DNA of 64,000 nt from Curvularia clavata. Taxonomy: Eukaryota. Of this stretch, positions 61,701-64,000 are shown in pieces. The DNA is taken from assembly GCA_023920165.1 (NCBI GenBank), contig CP089281.1, positions 1,054,001 to 1,118,000 of the forward strand. Reading direction: 5' to 3'. A program made the translations under genes and the position numbers. A model generated the notes under the pieces. That model saw nothing but the letters and a program-made list of their open reading frames with translations. It was not told the DNA's origin and ran no database searches. Each line of letters opens with the position of its first letter. Position 1 is the first letter of the stretch.

Positions 61701-61947
61701 TGGGTATGGAGGCTGCATTGTCTTTCCGTAGTGCGCCACCAGCGTCTGTAGACTTGTTCTCTAGAGGATCTGGGTGTCCGCGACATACAACCCGGTCGGG
61801 GCTGCGCTGCCACGCATACAGCTCATCGGTGCATCGGCGCAGGTACTCGCGGTTCGCAGACGCTAGGGGCCGCGGCGGGAAAGGCGATTTTGGGAGCCGC
61901 AGCGTCGAGGACCATGACGCGCGGAGGATGCGAGTCGGGGTTAGCAT
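58750..61947 (-). CDS. ISM1: Isoleucyl-tRNA synthetase, mitochondrial (bacterial-type), single exon
   Basis: LHDGPPYANG, HIGH, PGWDCHGLPIE, WTTTPWT, WCISRQR.WG, EGTDQHRGWF, KMSKS, C-terminal CPRCW..CGRC zinc finger. Confidence 0.97.
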   Translation of the reverse strand: MLTPTRILRASWSSTLRLPKSPFPPRPLASANREYLRRCTDELYAWQRSPDRVVCRGHPDPLENKSTDAGGALRKDNAASIPSFTLHDGPPYANGPLHIGHALNKITKDVICRFEVGQGKSVSYIPGWDCHGLPIEVKALQAQKKDAAQTHPVSVREAARELATTTIEEQKKGFKEWAVMGDWDHAYQTMERGFELRQLEVFKKMFEKGLIYRQFKPVYWSPSSRTALAEAELEYDEAHKSLAAFVRYPVRLSEALRYGALKGVEEVSVVIWTTTPWTLPANKAIAVHRDMRYCVVKDAGNNDELILIAASRVAEYEKVLERKLEVVVSELRGSDIADQVQYKNPFQKADGLQPIIHADFVTDSSGTGLVHLAPGHGMDDYNVCMSLNIPAFAPVDDAGTFTKDAFPEQPDLLEGLPVTDIKKSGSNAVCNYLQKLGMLRAKQNYRHKYPIDWRTKEPVITRATEQWFANVEGIKDASMKAIANVNFKPESGRSRLESFIQGRSQWCISRQRAWGVPIPALYKVEGDTLEATMDSEIIEHIIQVIKERGINAWWTDAPDDPAWKPKHLSGTYVRGRDTMDVWFDSGTSWTLLPQHKDQPVADVYLEGTDQHRGWFQSSLLTHVATQPYSTGMAKAPFKTLITHGFTLDSEGRKMSKSLGNVISPFQIMSGELLPPVKRKKQKGVKQDAAAKHTPAYDAMGADALRLWAASSDYMRDVTIGQPLLMSVNQALHKYRVTFKWLLGIFSLPSCPPPFTSFNHLVPVTADFGILADRLAVHRLVQVSSEAHGHFEKYEFFKAINTLNKYISMDLSAFYFETLKDRVYTGDVSDCQTLQRVLGLVFYELLQMLAPVCPLLVEEVWDHVPAALKQNSIHPARAVWSRLPPLAEAESKNLEHMNGVVGALGAAIKIAQERARAEKKIGSSLECAATVYLGADSIEAFSESFAKAMHPLGLQATDIEEQLAGLFVVSEVRIRMVPDAPSSSSSSQLGFVTEDAEEMKQSWAWAEEEAVVVSEEGGVSTLLGKPRVLVHPPSREKCPRCWRFVKEEKEDVCGRCAHVVEKQGGV

Positions 61948-62289
61948 AATAGCATTGTGGGCGGACGGAATCGGCGGGGGAAGTTTGGCTGTTGGTGGGC
62001 TGGGATATTTTTTGGGGTTCGGAGGCTGAATGCGGTGATGGTTCGGTGATAGTGCGGAGATAATAACTTCACCTATGGAGGAAGATTGTTAGTGTATTTG
62101 TAAAGTCGGCTTGATTGCTCAGAGATGTTCATGATGGGTGGGAACATGGTGTGTGTTTATGGTATCTACAGCATAGTAATCGTCAGTCGTTTCTGTCCAT
62201 CGTTAACAACTGTATCCCGAACGCCTCCAGCCGAACCCCAATCTAGTAAGAGCAACAGTTCCCAAACGCCTCACGCACACTGCATCGTC

Positions 62290-63899
62290 TCAATAAACAG
62301 TCAAAGAGCTAACAGCCCCATTCTTGAGCACTTCAAACACCATGCCTGGAAAGCCAAATAGCTCCACGTTACCCACGTCTGTGGCACCACCCTCCATGAC
62401 ACTACCGGCATTAGCAAACTTGCTCTTTTTCCCCGAGCTGTCTTCCCATCCCCCAAGTAGTTCGCAGCTGCTGCCTGGACTGTCTCCCCAGCCTCGATTT
62501 AGCGCCATACCACGCTGCTGTAATCGCTCTTGCTCCTCGTTCTCGTAGTATGGTTTGAAGACCTCTTTCAGACGCCCGGAGATATCGCCGAAGCCCATTT
62601 CGGAATTAAGCGGCTCGCGGTACATGGCTGAGGGGACGTGTTCAAGCGTCCATCTACTTCTCCGGTGTCTGTTGAACTGATATGAGCCCGGGACGTTACC
62701 GTGGAATATTATCTTGGTTGCAGTAAGGTGGTTCAGGGGCTGTGCACTGAGCTCCCCTGCTTCCTGCAACTCAGCCTCTCGCCTTTCGGCAGTCGGCGAA
62801 GGAGGAGAAATCTGTGTAGCCTGGGAGATGAGAATGTCGAATCCATGGTGGTAGTAGTTGTAGAAATGCTCTGCGGCAGCAATCTCCCGCTCCTGAGCCT
62901 CCAAAGCTGCTTCGTCATCGTCTTCCCATGCATCCTCATCGTCGCTCCTGATGGCTGAGCCAGGATCTGAGTCTTCATCAGGTGTGAGACCGCCAGGGGA
63001 AAGATCTGATGCATCACTTGTTCTCCGGTCCTTATGGATAGACAGGCGGTGATCGTTCTTGCGATATATCGAGTCGGGGGCTCCCAACTCCATGATGAGA
63101 TCTTGGGGCGTTGTCTCACTGAGGATAATCCAGAATGGAGGGCTAGAACGCCTGACGAGCTCGATCCTGCCTTCACCATGTACTCTGACCGTTTCAATCT
63201 CATCTGGCCCACTTTCTTTCGCTTTGGCTAACATCAACGACCTTGGGTTCGCAGGGGGAGCGGTGAATAGAGTGGCCCGAGCCTTTTGCCATGATTCTCC
63301 GCTGAAGACGGCCATGGAAGTTGCGGGGCCAGTAGCAGACGATGACAGGAGCGAGATAAAGTCCTTCTTAGGGGAATATGCAGAGTTTTGAACAGGAAAG
63401 TTGAATGCTATGCCTGGGTAGGATAGGTTGTATGTGCCCATTGCATTTGGATCCTCCGACTTTGGCGGCACGTACTCTCCGCCATAAGTCGGCCCCAGCA
63501 GCTTGTCGTAAACATGCCTGAACCTCGGACCCGCTGGGCCTGCTGAGAAGCCCCCATCTGCAGGCTTGTACACTTCGATGTCCTTGTACACCAGCCGGGC
63601 TTTGGCAAAATCCAGCACTTCGATAAGGCGTAGCCGCTGGTCAGGGCCGTCAAACTGTAAGCGGAGGCCGTTGTCGGGAAGGACTACTTGTATTGGGGTT
63701 GAGATGGGATGAAAGTCGTCGTGGTAGAGGTGGAAGCGCGGGAAAGTCTTGACTTCGGCTTTGATGGTCGTCAGTACTTCGTGTAGTGAGCACCCAAGGG
63801 CTGTGTTTCAGTCAGCATGGTAACGCGCAAGGGCTACGTCGACCAACTCATGAAGCCTATGCTGCGCCCTGGCTGCAGCTGCATGTTTCCATCTTCCAT
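62290..63899 (-). CDS. UPF0183 / PHAF1 (C16orf70)-like protein; intron 63801-63847
   Basis: PGRSIGFM|TLGCSLHEV, NGLRLQFDGPDQRLRLIE, LGPTYGGEY, LSYPGIAF, ETTPQDL..ELGAP, FYNYYHHGFDIL, HGNVPGSYQFN, FPGMVFEVLKNG. Confidence 0.88.
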
Positions 63900-64000
63900 G
63901 GTGGGCCTTGTATATGGATCTCAGCGAAAAAGTGTATGGAGAGAGTGTAACACGCTTGTTAGTCGATATGCAGCTACCTAGCTCGCGGATAGTAGGGATA

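Overview
Gene-dense, intron-containing eukaryotic DNA from a filamentous ascomycete. The short GT-AG introns with CTRAC branch sites and the protein styles suggest Dothideomycetes/Pleosporales (inference). I can support 25 protein-coding genes, mostly conserved housekeeping: a SIRT4-like sirtuin, a Myb factor, APN2, COX6A, APC5, CIA30, RIM2, a Tim44/Mba1-like protein, eIF1, MED12, ATG29, ADE1, SUR7, RAV2/Rogdi, MET1, a DUF3433 protein, URC4, PDE2/PdeH, mitochondrial IleRS and UPF0183. There are also several uncharacterised genes, including a tandem pair of Cys-rich single-pass membrane paralogues. I found no transposon, tRNA, rRNA or CRISPR. The most interesting signals are: (1) a ~1.6 kb densely base-paired, ORF-poor + strand region between PDE2 and IleRS that carries a CCUAACCCU telomere-template motif (candidate telomerase RNA or other long structured ncRNA); (2) a chain of three stop/start-coupled uORFs leading into MED12, head-to-head with eIF1, whose own AUG is in poor context; (3) a degenerate response-regulator receiver domain at the N-terminus of the cAMP phosphodiesterase; (4) a structured eIF1 3' UTR. 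Exon boundaries were read by eye and are predictions.
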